A stretch of 24,331 nucleotides of DNA from a virus (taxonomy: Duplodnaviria > Heunggongvirae > Uroviricota > Caudoviricetes), in the IMG/VR virus record IMGVR_UViG_2778261216_000006; one strand, written 5' to 3'. Below, piece by piece: positions 1 to 9,470 of this stretch. The number at the start of each line of letters is the position of its first letter. Within the stretch, counting starts at the first letter, position 1. Under the pieces are notes generated by a model, which was given only the letters and a program-made list of their open reading frames with translations, was not told where the DNA came from and ran no database searches. The position numbers and the translations under genes are program-made.

Positions 1-1461
1 ATGAAAAAATTACTGCGTCTTTTTTTCCCGCTCTCACTGCGGGTACGTTTTCTGTTGGCAACGGCTGCGGTAGTACTGGTGCTTTCGCTTGCCTACGGAA
101 TGGTCGCGCTGATCGGTTATAGCGTCAGTTTCGATAAAACTACGTTTCGGCTGTTACGTGGCGAGAGCAATCTGTTCTATACCCTTGCGAAGTGGGAAAA
201 CAATAAGTTGCATGTCGAGTTACCCGAAAATATCGACAAGCAAAGCCCCACCATGACGCTAATTTATGATGAGAACGGGCAGCTTTTATGGGCGCAACGT
301 GACGTGCCCTGGCTGATGAAGATGATCCAGCCTGACTGGCTGAAATCGAATGGTTTTCATGAAATTGAAGCGGATGTTAACGATACCAGCCTCTTGCTGA
401 GTGGAGATCATTCGATACAGCAACAGTTGCAGGAAGTGCGGGAAGATGATGACGACGCGGAGATGACCCACTCGGTGGCAGTAAACGTCTACCCGGCAAC
501 ATCGCGGATGCCAAAATTAACCTTTGTGGTGGTGGATACCATTCCGGTGGAGCTAAAAAGTTCCTATATGGTCTGGAGCTGGTTTATCTATGTGCTCTCA
601 GCCAATCTGCTGTTAGTGATCCCGCTGCTGTGGGTCGCCGCCTGGTGGAGTTTACGCCCCATCGAAGCCCTGGCAAAAGAAGTCCGCGAACTGGAAGAAC
701 ATAACCGCGAATTGCTCAATCCAGCCACAACGCGAGAACTGACCAGTCTGGTACGAAACCTGAACCGATTGTTAAAAAGTGAACGCGAACGTTACGACAA
801 ATACCGTACGACGCTCACCGACCTGACCCATAGTCTGAAAACGCCACTGGCGGTGCTGCAAAGTACGCTGCGTTCTCTGCGTAGTGAAAAGATGAGCGTC
901 AGTGATGCTGAGCCGGTAATGCTGGAGCAAATCAGCCGCATTTCACAGCAAATTGGCTACTACCTGCATCGTGCCAGTATGCGCGGCGGGACATTGCTCA
1001 GCCGCGAGCTGCATCCGGTCGCCCCACTGCTGGACAATCTCACCTCAGCGCTGAACAAAGTGTATCAACGCAAAGGGGTCAATATCTCTCTCGATATTTC
1101 GCCAGAGATCAGCTTTGTCGGTGAGCAGAACGATTTTGTCGAGGTGATGGGCAACGTGCTGGATAATGCCTGTAAATATTGCCTCGAGTTTGTCGAAATT
1201 TCTGCAAGGCAAACCGACGAGCATCTCTATATTGTGGTCGAGGATGATGGCCCCGGTATTCCATTAAGCAAGCGAGAGGTCATTTTCGACCGTGGTCAAC
1301 GGGTTGATACTTTACGCCCTGGGCAAGGTGTAGGGCTGGCGGTAGCCCGCGAAATCACCGAGCAATATGAGGGTAAAATCGTCGCCGGAGAGAGCATGCT
1401 GGGCGGTGCGCGGATGGAGGTGATTTTTGGTCGCCAGCATTCTGCGCCGAAAGATGAATAA
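1..1461 (+). CDS. phoQ: Sensor histidine kinase PhoQ
   Basis: 486-aa ORF; N-terminal TM segment, periplasmic acidic patch (EDDDDAEM), HAMP, H-box (LTHSLKTPL) and HATPase motifs ([15 protein letters not shown]); recognised as PhoQ from memory. Confidence 0.96.
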   Translation: MKKLLRLFFPLSLRVRFLLATAAVVLVLSLAYGMVALIGYSVSFDKTTFRLLRGESNLFYTLAKWENNKLHVELPENIDKQSPTMTLIYDENGQLLWAQRDVPWLMKMIQPDWLKSNGFHEIEADVNDTSLLLSGDHSIQQQLQEVREDDDDAEMTHSVAVNVYPATSRMPKLTFVVVDTIPVELKSSYMVWSWFIYVLSANLLLVIPLLWVAAWWSLRPIEALAKEVRELEEHNRELLNPATTRELTSLVRNLNRLLKSERERYDKYRTTLTDLTHSLKTPLAVLQSTLRSLRSEKMSVSDAEPVMLEQISRISQQIGYYLHRASMRGGTLLSRELHPVAPLLDNLTSALNKVYQRKGVNISLDISPEISFVGEQNDFVEVMGNVLDNACKYCLEFVEISARQTDEHLYIVVEDDGPGIPLSKREVIFDRGQRVDTLRPGQGVGLAVAREITEQYEGKIVAGESMLGGARMEVIFGRQHSAPKDE

Positions 1462-1469
1462 ATATGTCC
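1460..1469. repeat. attL core (10-bp direct repeat, overlaps region just after phoQ stop)
   Basis: AAATATGTCC is repeated at 16609-16618 immediately upstream of roxA. Confidence 0.5.
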
Positions 1470-1540
1470 TTTTATCATTAAACACAACCAACCAATTGAT
1501 TTAATTAAATAAATCTCACTGCAGAAAGTGCCAAAAATCG

Positions 1541-1612
1541 CAAATTGACTACACCATTAACTACACCGTTCGGTGCACTGTATGAAACAACGTGGAACAA
1601 ATAGACACAAGA
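1541..1612. repeat. Left arm-type repeat (ATTGACTACACCATTAACTACACCG ... GAAACAACGTGGAACAA)
   Basis: ~75-bp imperfect direct repeat of 16455-16535; it lies ~70 bp inside the core, as expected for integrase/Xis arm sites. Confidence 0.5.
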
Positions 1613-1898
1613 AATATACAGGCGGGTAATCTTTCCAGGGGGAAGCGCACCAATTCATGAGGGGCGTTAATGTCGATATGGGGATCCCCATAACGGGGCT
1701 ACCGGATTTTTTTTCCGGTTAACCTTTAATCAGGCTGGTGGGTTTTACATACCCTTGATCACCGTAATGATGATCCAGATGTGCACCTTTTCCACCAATG
1801 GCGGAAAGCTCCAACCGTAACGATGATCGCTATGGTTGCCTCGATGGCCTGCGTGGTCATTATGACCATTCAGAATGTGAGGGATGATGTTTCCGCTC

Positions 1899-2305
1899 TC
1901 CTCAAATTGAGGTTACCGGAAATATCAACTACTTAACGATAAACTGGCGAGTAATTAAACTGCGAAAATTTCGTAGCTTGTGACTATCTGAAAGATCGTC
2001 GGTTGTTCCGGCCTCAACCGTTGGCTGTTTCCGAGAATATCAACGGGTTAGCAAAGCGCAATTTTGCACTTTGCTTTAAGTTCAACCAGTTACCGCCAGC
2101 TTCCCCCAATGGGGGATTGTGGAATAATCAACGGTTTAGGCCTTAATCATCTGCGTAAACATAAGTAATCATAATGATCATTCAGCCAGCGCAATTTTGC
2201 GCTTTGCTTTAAGTTCAGCGAGTTACAGCGCCGACTTCCTCAAATTGAGGTTGCCGGAAATATCAACCAGTTACGAGGCTCAAAATTGAGCCGCCTTTAA
2301 ATCAA
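1899..2305. repeat. Structured non-coding repeat region near the island left end
   Basis: No ORF of 60 aa or more; two ~40-bp direct repeats carrying palindrome CCTCAAATTGAGG (1899-1940, 2237-2277), two copies of hairpin AGCGCAATTTTGC(G/A)CTTTGCTTTAAGTTCA (~2056, ~2190), five (A/T)ATCAAC motifs. Confidence 0.5.
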
Positions 2306-2309
2306 CACG

Positions 2310-2591
2310 TTACCGCCGTAACCGCTCCGGCTTCTTCCAGTTGTACGTAATTTTCTCTTTCTCCCTGTACATCTCTACACGGCGATTGTAGGCCAGCATT
2401 TCAAGAACGCGGATCCGTATGTCGCGCATATCCGCATCATTAAGCTGGATACCATCACGGCGCATCACCTCAGCAACAACACGCGCATAATTTTCGGCTG
2501 TCACGCTGTCCGGCTGCGTGGTCTGTTCGTCAGCCTGCTGGCTGATTCCAGAGACGCGGCGGATTAATCGCAGTATTTCGGCTTCTGTCAT
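2310..2591 (-). CDS. Hypothetical protein (93 aa) immediately downstream of terminase large subunit
   Basis: ORF begins 14 nt after the TerL stop with a GAGG ~10 nt upstream; no recognisable family. Confidence 0.5.
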   Translation of the reverse strand: MTEAEILRLIRRVSGISQQADEQTTQPDSVTAENYARVVAEVMRRDGIQLNDADMRDIRIRVLEMLAYNRRVEMYREKEKITYNWKKPERLRR

Positions 2592-2604
2592 GCTGCTGAC
2601 CTCA

Positions 2605-4266
2605 TTACACCCCGCTAAATTCTTCCAGTTTCTGGCGGTGGCTGTCGCTTATATCAAAAGCAAAATCCTCATGCTCTGCCTGGAATGTACCAAACGCCAT
2701 CAGCGCCGCTACGCTCGGGTCTATCTTGTTCGGTGATTTTTTCTTGTTCGGCTTGATATTGGCGTTCGCGTCACTCTGCATCACGACGTTACTCATCGAC
2801 CAGGACAACACCGGATCGCCACGATGCACAATCACCCTGCGGTTAACAAAAACTTCGAACGATTTCGCCGCCGGACTGAATCTGAGGTAGGTTTGCGGGA
2901 ACGGCTCCACCTCAAAACCAGCCCCCTGTAATTGCGTCCTGAGATGCGTGGCGTTCCACGTATCAAAGCCCACCAGCCTGATATTAAATTTCTCCGCATC
3001 CTGCATGATGTCATCTCTGATCCGGTCGTAATCAATGCAGTCACCTGGCGTTGTGCGTATCCAGCCCGCTTTAGCCCACTGGCGATAGACAGCGCGGTTT
3101 TTATTGGCGGGGTTCTGTAGCTGGAACTCCGGCAGATAATGACGGGAAACCAGCATGATATTTTTACCGACCGGAAAGGCATAGCACACGCTGGAAATAT
3201 CGCTGGTTGATGATAAGTCCAGCCCCGCGTAACACTCCTGCCCGTGTAAATCTTCCTCCGTGAACGTTCCGGCACACTCAGCCCATGCGCCGTTACCCAT
3301 CCACGGGGTAGCCCCCTGGCACCAGATATTAAATCGCTTTGTCATCATCTCCACCCATTGCGACGGAATACCCCGCGCTTTCTGGATGGTTGAGGCCAGT
3401 TTTTCACGATCCACGGAAACATCGATGTTAGGGTTAGCCTTTATCCACATCGCCGGATCATCAACCTCGTTTTCGTCGTCCAGCTCGTAAATCAGCACAA
3501 AAATTGAATCGTTGACCTCTTCGCCGTCCAGGATCTGGCAGCAATAATCATAGTGCTGTTTACAGGTTGAAACGACGTTACTGCCCGATGTGGTAATGGC
3601 AAATAACAGCCCTTCGGGACGTGCGCCCATCCCCAGCTCAAGCGCGGAATAAACGCCGTTATCGGGGTGTAGGTGGTATTCGTCCACGATGGAAAGGCTG
3701 GGGTTTGTTCCCTCGATGGTTGCCGCTTTTGCTGCCAGCGGCTTTAACAGGCTGTTGCTTTTCGGGTGCATCACCTTGTGGGCCTGAATATTCACCCGCC
3801 TGCGTAACGGTCGGGATAAAAGGCACATCTGACGCGCATCATCAAAAACGATCCGCGCCTGGTCACGGCTCACCGCTGCGGTGTAAATATCCTGCTGCCC
3901 GTTCTCCATAATCAGAAACCAGTTAGCCAGAATCGCGGCGGTCGTGGATTTCGCATTTTTGCGCGGCACTTCGATAAAGGCGCTCGTGTATTTGCGCCGT
4001 CCGGTGGCCTTAACCTTAAAGCCGAGGATGCACGCAAAGGCGAACTGCTGCCACGGCTCCAGCTCAATGGGTCTGCCACGCATCGGCCCTTTTACGTGCG
4101 GGCACACCCTGGAAAAGGCAATAAACCGCTCCACAACCTCACGATCGAACGTGTAAAGGGGGCTTTCAAGGTCCGAAAAGTACCGTTTAACGGCCTGTTT
4201 CAGCCGTTTACAGGCCGGAATTTTGCCCGTTTTTACGTCTTCTGCGTACTTATTCCAGGCGGTCAA
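2605..4266 (-). CDS. Phage terminase large subunit
   Basis: 553-aa ORF (TTG start in track) with ATPase and nuclease regions typical of HK97-like TerL; start overlaps the TerS stop. Confidence 0.93.
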   Translation of the reverse strand: MTAWNKYAEDVKTGKIPACKRLKQAVKRYFSDLESPLYTFDREVVERFIAFSRVCPHVKGPMRGRPIELEPWQQFAFACILGFKVKATGRRKYTSAFIEVPRKNAKSTTAAILANWFLIMENGQQDIYTAAVSRDQARIVFDDARQMCLLSRPLRRRVNIQAHKVMHPKSNSLLKPLAAKAATIEGTNPSLSIVDEYHLHPDNGVYSALELGMGARPEGLLFAITTSGSNVVSTCKQHYDYCCQILDGEEVNDSIFVLIYELDDENEVDDPAMWIKANPNIDVSVDREKLASTIQKARGIPSQWVEMMTKRFNIWCQGATPWMGNGAWAECAGTFTEEDLHGQECYAGLDLSSTSDISSVCYAFPVGKNIMLVSRHYLPEFQLQNPANKNRAVYRQWAKAGWIRTTPGDCIDYDRIRDDIMQDAEKFNIRLVGFDTWNATHLRTQLQGAGFEVEPFPQTYLRFSPAAKSFEVFVNRRVIVHRGDPVLSWSMSNVVMQSDANANIKPNKKKSPNKIDPSVAALMAFGTFQAEHEDFAFDISDSHRQKLEEFSGV

Positions 4267-4606
4267 GCTCGTCCTCTTCTTCTGTTTCCGGTGGATTTTT
4301 ACGGCGGCTTATCGGGTCAAAACCGAGCAAAGAGGCCATTTTTATCATCACTCTTTCAGCGTCGGATTTTGCGCTTAATGCGGGGTTTCTGCTCTCGCCG
4401 CCCTGACTGTTAACAATGCTGAACCCGCGCGCCGCAAGGTCTGCAACGGCTTTCCGGTAAATGGAGTAGTTGACACAATACAGTTCCAGATTGCTCCAGT
4501 CGGCGGGGGTCAGGTCTCCCCGTTCCGCAAGCTGCCTAGATTTTTCCCGCCACTGCTTCACGGCGATATCATCCAGGTAGGCGGGGGCTTTCGGTGGTCT
4601 TGCCAT
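4250..4606 (-). CDS. Phage terminase small subunit (P27-family-like)
   Basis: 118 aa; LELYCVNYSIYRKA and RNPALSAKSDAERVMIKMASLLGFDP match the small-terminase signature; directly upstream of TerL. Confidence 0.85.
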   Translation of the reverse strand: MARPPKAPAYLDDIAVKQWREKSRQLAERGDLTPADWSNLELYCVNYSIYRKAVADLAARGFSIVNSQGGESRNPALSAKSDAERVMIKMASLLGFDPISRRKNPPETEEEDELDRLE

Positions 4607-4728
4607 GCTTATTTTTCGCCAGATTATTTTTCAAAAAATTCCCGTGCATAAAAATTTGAGGAGGCGTTCGGTGCCCGGCGGGGTCGGGTTTGTCCTGAAA
4701 ACGCCCCCCACCCCGTCATACAGCCTCA

Positions 4729-4911
4729 TCAGCGATTGCGGAAACATTCCATAACCTCGCGGTCACGGTCGGTTAATCGCTTCGCTGTGATGCGTTCTGC
4801 GCGTCCTGACGCTTTATCTTTATGCCCTGTTTCCTGTGTCTTCCATGCGTCACGCTGCCTTATAAGTCCACGGATAAGGCGGTTTTGTTCCCGATCATTC
4901 ATCAGCGTCAT
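4729..4911 (-). CDS. Hypothetical small charged protein (~60 aa) between HNH and TerS
   Basis: C-terminal part of track ORF 4729..5133 lying past the HNH stop (MTLMNDREQNRLIRGL...); the start is my estimate. Confidence 0.35.
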   Translation of the reverse strand: MTLMNDREQNRLIRGLIRQRDAWKTQETGHKDKASGRAERITAKRLTDRDREVMECFRNR

Positions 4912-5335
4912 ACATCCAGTTATTGCGGTTAGCGGCCCGTTCTTCCTCTTCACGAAATCCACCTGCGGCACGCTTGCTTTTTGTTGCCGGATCAAGCCAT
5001 TTCGTTTTCTGGTTATGACACGCCTGACACAATGGTTGATGGTTCCATTCGGGCCAGAAGAGAACATCATCACCGCCATTAATCGGGATAATGTGATCCA
5101 CCACCACGGCGGGCGTATATATCCCCTTCTCAAGGCATCGCACGCATAACGGGTTTTTACTCAGATACATGGCGCGGTATTTGTCCCACTGTCTGGAATA
5201 TCCACGCGCGCGGCGGTGTCCTCGTCTGGCATCCTCTGCACGCCATGCCGCCCGCCTGTGCTCTTCACACTTGCCGGATTTAACGCGCCTGTTACAGCCT
5301 GGTTCTGTGCATCGTCTTAATGGTTGCCACGGCAT
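4895..5335 (-). CDS. HNH endonuclease (phage packaging-associated)
   Basis: 146 aa; Cys-rich N-terminus, VVDHIIPINGG and CQACHNQKT motifs. Confidence 0.9.
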   Translation of the reverse strand: MPWQPLRRCTEPGCNRRVKSGKCEEHRRAAWRAEDARRGHRRARGYSRQWDKYRAMYLSKNPLCVRCLEKGIYTPAVVVDHIIPINGGDDVLFWPEWNHQPLCQACHNQKTKWLDPATKSKRAAGGFREEEERAANRNNWMYDADE

Positions 5336-5631
5336 CAGTACACCCCCACATCACGGTAAGCCGTCCAGAGTGCGCCAATCGTCATGGGTACGCGTGTTTT
5401 TGCGTTATCCGCGACAATCTGGCGATTCTCATACAGGTGAGCGATAAACATCATGCAGCCAATCTTTATGGCTGGCGTGAACTCCAGCCCGTCATCAAAG
5501 CGCCTGCCTATGTGTATCTGGCACGCCTCAAGCGATGCGGCAATGTATCCGCTGATTAACTGGTCTTCCTCGTCGCCATCGATGCGGCAATGGAGTTTCA
5601 CTTCTTCCAGGGTGATAAGTTCTTCTGTCAT
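5335..5631 (-). CDS. gp6-like head-tail connector protein
   Basis: 98 aa; LITLEEVKLHCRIDGDEEDQLISGYIAA N-terminus typical of this family. Confidence 0.8.
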   Translation of the reverse strand: MTEELITLEEVKLHCRIDGDEEDQLISGYIAASLEACQIHIGRRFDDGLEFTPAIKIGCMMFIAHLYENRQIVADNAKTRVPMTIGALWTAYRDVGVY

Positions 5632-6008
5632 TTTTCCGCGCCCTCACGACAAAGAATTTCAAGGCGTGTCCTGGCGGCATCCGGCAGCGGCTGCCCGATG
5701 ATATTCAGTACACGCCCCGCCAGCGGCCCCGTACTGACCTTTATCCGGCTGGTGGCGTTGATGTCCTTCCGGTACCGTATCCAGATCCTTACGGTACCAA
5801 TCGCCAGCTCTGCACCCGATGAAATGGCCTCCTTGCTGCTGACCATGTTCACGCTTGCCCAGAGTGTGTGACCGTCCTCCCACGTTTCGAGTATTTCGCC
5901 GGTTATATCCCTGGTCTGTTTCAGGGTCTGAATCGTTATCCTGTCACGCAGTCGCCCTATGTTCATTCCGGTTTTTCTCCCTCGCTGATTTTTACTTCCT
6001 GTTTCCAT
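5628..6008 (-). CDS. Phage head closure / head-tail adaptor protein
   Basis: 126 aa; MNIGRLRDRITIQ ... VRIWIRYR ... pattern; the true start may be the internal Met near 5966. Confidence 0.78.
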   Translation of the reverse strand: METGSKNQRGRKTGMNIGRLRDRITIQTLKQTRDITGEILETWEDGHTLWASVNMVSSKEAISSGAELAIGTVRIWIRYRKDINATSRIKVSTGPLAGRVLNIIGQPLPDAARTRLEILCREGAEK

Positions 6009-7174
6009 GCCTGGCTGAACTCATCACCACCATCACGCGGTGACAGTCCTTCACGTTCGCGGGCTTCGTTCGGACACATAACGCCGGATTTGATGCCGCG
6101 CTCATAGGTGGCAAAGCGTTCGCCAGGTGTGGCCCGTAACAGGTCCGCGCTGTCAAACTCCACCTGATACCGGATACCAGGTACAGGCGAGGCCACCAGC
6201 AGGGCGTTTTTTATCTGCTGCTCAAAGTTCGCCAGCCACGGGCGCATCGTCATGGTGAGAAATGCGCGGCTTGCCTCGCTGAAATTGCTGTAGGTGCTGT
6301 TGCTGTATTCCTGCAAAAAAATCGGCGAGACGTTGAACATTCGGGCGATGTCTTCAATGGTGAAGCGACGGGAGGCCAGCCATTCAGCATCCTGATTACT
6401 CATGCCCAGCTGCTGATAGCTCATACCCCCTTCAAGGATGGGCGTTTTTCCGGCGTTTCTGGCCCCTTTGTAGCGTTCCAGTGCGGCTAATGCCTGTTTG
6501 CCCTTCACGCCGTCCAGCCATTCGCCTGACGTGATAACCCCTGCCGCCATCATGCCATCACGCATCACGCTCGCGCCGTGGCGTTGTTGGGCCAGCCCAA
6601 GCCCCAGCGATTCGCGGCAGATGGTTACAGGTGAGCGCCCCATAAAGCCGTCATCCGTGGAGTAACGAAGGTGAAGTACTTCCCACGGTAAATAGTTGCG
6701 GGTGTTTCCGGTGTAAGCGTCAGTGATGCAGTAGCGCCAGTTGTGTTCGCCTGTCTGCTCCACGTTCACCGACTGCGGCGGGTAAGGATGTAAAGCCACC
6801 GGAAAACCATCACGCCCCCACTGAATCACCGCATAAGCATTACCGTTTAACAGGCAGTGGCGGATCATCATTCGCTTAAACTGGTAGGGAGTCTGCCACG
6901 CGTTCGGGCGCTCGTTGAGGATGTGATCGACCGGATGAGAATCAAGCCACTCGCGGGCCTCCTTCCCCTTCTCATTGCGTACCAGGTACAGGTAACACGG
7001 CATGGTAGCCACCGCCTCAGAGATGACCGTGACGGCGTTCATAACGGCGGGCAGTGATTCCGCTGTCCCCGATGATACGTACTCACCCGCCCCCGTGTTC
7101 GATGTGCCAGCCAGCGCCATAAACTCATCAAGCGTCATGCTGCGCTGCTCTTTTTTTCTTCTGAAAGGCCACAT
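5963..7174 (-). CDS. Phage portal protein, HK97 family
   Basis: 403 aa; size and conserved blocks of the portal family; lies between protease and head closure genes. Confidence 0.9.
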   Translation of the reverse strand: MWPFRRKKEQRSMTLDEFMALAGTSNTGAGEYVSSGTAESLPAVMNAVTVISEAVATMPCYLYLVRNEKGKEAREWLDSHPVDHILNERPNAWQTPYQFKRMMIRHCLLNGNAYAVIQWGRDGFPVALHPYPPQSVNVEQTGEHNWRYCITDAYTGNTRNYLPWEVLHLRYSTDDGFMGRSPVTICRESLGLGLAQQRHGASVMRDGMMAAGVITSGEWLDGVKGKQALAALERYKGARNAGKTPILEGGMSYQQLGMSNQDAEWLASRRFTIEDIARMFNVSPIFLQEYSNSTYSNFSEASRAFLTMTMRPWLANFEQQIKNALLVASPVPGIRYQVEFDSADLLRATPGERFATYERGIKSGVMCPNEAREREGLSPRDGGDEFSQAWKQEVKISEGEKPE

Positions 7175-7175
7175 A

Positions 7176-7748
7176 TCACACCCCCGCTAAATCCACCCAC
7201 CAGCGGCGATTATCCGCACGCGGCATTTTTTCGGGGTGCTGCTCATACAGGGAACGGCGGGCCAGCTCCACGCCGGAATCGGGGTAAGCCGGTACCGATG
7301 TAACGGTAATTTCGTACAGTTCCGCCACCAGCACGGTGCGCACGCATGGATCTGTTGTGGTATCCCATACATCCTTACGGGAGCGAAAGCCAAAGCTCAT
7401 CCCCGAGATGTCCCCACGCTTAACCAGTTCGATAACGTCGCGCCCTGTACTGGTATCCGGTGGGGTCAGTTCAAAGCGTAACCCTGTTTCGTCCTCTTCC
7501 AGTTTCAGCGTGCCGGAACGGGTGCGCCCCAGTAACATGCTGTGGTCATGCTCATACAGGCCGCGAACGTCATTACCCGCCGCAAGCCATTCAGTAAACG
7601 CCCCCCGCTGGAATTTTTCGTAAAACTCACCCCATAACAGTTCTGAAAGCTTATCCCAGCGAACAACGTAGCCCGTCAGCGTACCGGCTCCGCTGGTGGT
7701 GATTTCCGATGACCGGATTTCCATACTCTTCATAATTTTTTCACCCAT
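7176..7748 (-). CDS. HK97-family prohead serine protease
   Basis: 190 aa; TLTGYVVRWDKLS, HDHSMLLGRT and GMSFGFR blocks. Confidence 0.9.
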   Translation of the reverse strand: MGEKIMKSMEIRSSEITTSGAGTLTGYVVRWDKLSELLWGEFYEKFQRGAFTEWLAAGNDVRGLYEHDHSMLLGRTRSGTLKLEEDETGLRFELTPPDTSTGRDVIELVKRGDISGMSFGFRSRKDVWDTTTDPCVRTVLVAELYEITVTSVPAYPDSGVELARRSLYEQHPEKMPRADNRRWWVDLAGV

Positions 7749-7787
7749 AAAACACTAAAGGGGCTTTTAAGCCCCTTCTGTATGCTG

Positions 7788-8993
7788 TTAATCGTCGTCC
7801 TGTGGCAGTTCCAGAATCTTGATCGCGTTCGAATCCACCACGCCACCGCCTAAATATTTCTGCGTGAAAATTTTGATGAAGCCCGGCTCTGTGAGGTTGT
7901 CCGGTCTGGTGCGAACACCTGTTTCGTGATCAACAATGTAGTAACCGCGTTTGAAGTCACCCAGGGCAATAACGTTATCAGGCATAAACTCCAGATATTC
8001 GACCGGAAGGCCCAGCAACGTATCAGGATCACCCGCCTGTAAACGGTCGCGCCAGATGTAATCACCGTTCGCGTTCTTCACCTTCTGAAGTTTTGCCGCC
8101 GTCGTGGAGTTAACCACCCAGACCGCGTTTTTGCGGTATTTTTTACGTAATGCAAATTTCAGGTCGATCAACGGGTCCGCAGATGTCCACGCCAGAGATT
8201 CGGAAGGTTTAATTACCTGCAACGTACCAAAATCACGCTCTTTGTCGTTCTTCTCTGCACGGGGTACGGATAAAAAACCTTTTGCTTTTTTGTCACCGTC
8301 GCCCACAACCAGATCGCTTTCTTCGGTTTCCGTGAAGGTGTCGCCAATCTCACCCGTCAGCCATGAAAGGATGTCCACATCGGAAAAATCCACGATTTCC
8401 TGTGTGGTGCGCGGGTACGCATAGACCGGATACAGCTTAATGCTCACCTCGTTAATCTGCGGGGTGCTGGTCTGTTCGCGTGTCTTACCCTCTTCACCGT
8501 GGTTAACGGTCGCACCGCCAGCGGAAACAAGCTGCTTAAACTCGTTGCTGCTGATTTTCTTCACGGTACAGATGCGGCGCATGGTGGACTCATCCGCCAG
8601 CATTCGCATGATTTCGGTGTTCAGCTCGGGGATAACGGTATAACCACCATCAGCGGGAACGCCTGTACTTAATGCGCGGGTTTCACCCGTCAGAATGTAG
8701 TTTCGTAGTTCTGCGGGGTCAGTGGTCTGACTGCTTTTACCTGGCTTGCTGCGCTCTTCGTCTGCAATGGCTTCAAGGCGGGAAATGTCTTTATCGAGGG
8801 ATTCAGCTTTAGCGCGTAATTCGTCAAATTTTGCGCCCTCAGCATCGTTAAGACTGCGGTTTTCTTTTTCCGCGTTCTCCAGCATGTCGCGCATCTGATT
8901 TTTAATGGCGGTTTTCTGCTGGCGTAATTCGATTATTCTCGGCATAAAAAAAGTCCTGGGGTTAAGTAAGGAACTCCAGGACGCGGCAAACAC
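7788..8993 (-). CDS. Major capsid protein, HK97 family
   Basis: 401 aa; N-terminal coiled-coil delta-domain-like region, then a conserved HK97-fold body; start (GTG at 8993 or internal Met) uncertain. Confidence 0.93.
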   Translation of the reverse strand: MFAASWSSLLNPRTFFMPRIIELRQQKTAIKNQMRDMLENAEKENRSLNDAEGAKFDELRAKAESLDKDISRLEAIADEERSKPGKSSQTTDPAELRNYILTGETRALSTGVPADGGYTVIPELNTEIMRMLADESTMRRICTVKKISSNEFKQLVSAGGATVNHGEEGKTREQTSTPQINEVSIKLYPVYAYPRTTQEIVDFSDVDILSWLTGEIGDTFTETEESDLVVGDGDKKAKGFLSVPRAEKNDKERDFGTLQVIKPSESLAWTSADPLIDLKFALRKKYRKNAVWVVNSTTAAKLQKVKNANGDYIWRDRLQAGDPDTLLGLPVEYLEFMPDNVIALGDFKRGYYIVDHETGVRTRPDNLTEPGFIKIFTQKYLGGGVVDSNAIKILELPQDDD

Positions 8994-9035
8994 TCAACCG
9001 TTTTTCATAAGGAAATCAGCAATCGCACCGATCGT

Positions 9036-9083
9036 TTTCCCGCCTGGTAATGAATATTGGCGAGCACATTAACAGGCGGGAAA
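9036..9083. promoter_or_regulatory. 11-bp perfect inverted repeat TTTCCCGCCTG / CAGGCGGGAAA with 26-nt spacer in the leader of the capsid operon
   Basis: Read directly; located 45-90 bp upstream of the capsid gene start. Confidence 0.35.
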
Positions 9084-9157
9084 GTGGCCCCAGCGTCCTG
9101 GCACCACGGGCGAGAATAATCATGATTCAGTTCGGGTAAAATATGCCGATCCGCTCA

Positions 9158-9189
9158 GTGAACAACGTGGAACAACCACGAACAAATAA
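9158..9189. promoter_or_regulatory. Dyad motif GTGAACAACGTGGAACAACCACGAACAA upstream of the capsid operon
   Basis: Contains palindrome CGTGG-AACAA-CCACG; near-identical copy, inverted, at 15115-15145; half-sites inside both att arm repeats. Confidence 0.4.
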
Positions 9190-9226
9190 TTTACAAAAAA
9201 TAACAAAAAGCCGGATTGCTCCGGCT
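9190..9226 (-). terminator. Rho-independent terminator (hairpin AGCCGGAGCAATCCGGCT plus T-run on minus strand)
   Basis: Stem-loop followed by TTTTTGTTATTTTTT on the minus strand, just downstream of ORF 9246..9470. Confidence 0.6.
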
Positions 9227-9245
9227 GTATGTGCTGTATGGGTGC

Positions 9246-9470
9246 TCAGTCTCTGATCCCTTTCAGAAATTCTATCAATGCATCTGTCTGTTCAGGATTT
9301 ACTGCCAGCATTTCACCGGATAGCGCGCAACGAACAAAACCATGATGATCCTTTTCAATCAGCGCCCCCGTTTCCAGAAATGCGCGGTAATCAGTGATAT
9401 TCATCGTCTCCATGTTGTCAGCATGGTATTTATCACGCTGTTTAAGTATCTCATCAAATTTCATCGGCAT
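9246..9470 (-). CDS. Hypothetical protein (74 aa), moron-like gene flanked by two copies of the same terminator
   Basis: Internal Met of track ORF 9246..9548, preceded by GAGGAAAACGCA; no family recognised. Confidence 0.55.
   Translation of the reverse strand: MPMKFDEILKQRDKYHADNMETMNITDYRAFLETGALIEKDHHGFVRCALSGEMLAVNPEQTDALIEFLKGIRD

Noticed and set aside
2832-4413. Multiple 60-150 aa ORFs on both strands inside the terminase genes (for example 2832..3275, 3621..3911, 4096..4413)
   Set aside because: Nested in or antisense to TerL/TerS, with biased Arg/Pro-rich composition typical of out-of-frame translation.
4729-5133. Full 134-aa ORF overlapping the HNH gene
   Set aside because: The N-terminal 75 codons overlap HNH out of frame and look non-protein-like (WWW, MMF); only the part downstream of the HNH stop is kept, as a low-confidence small gene.
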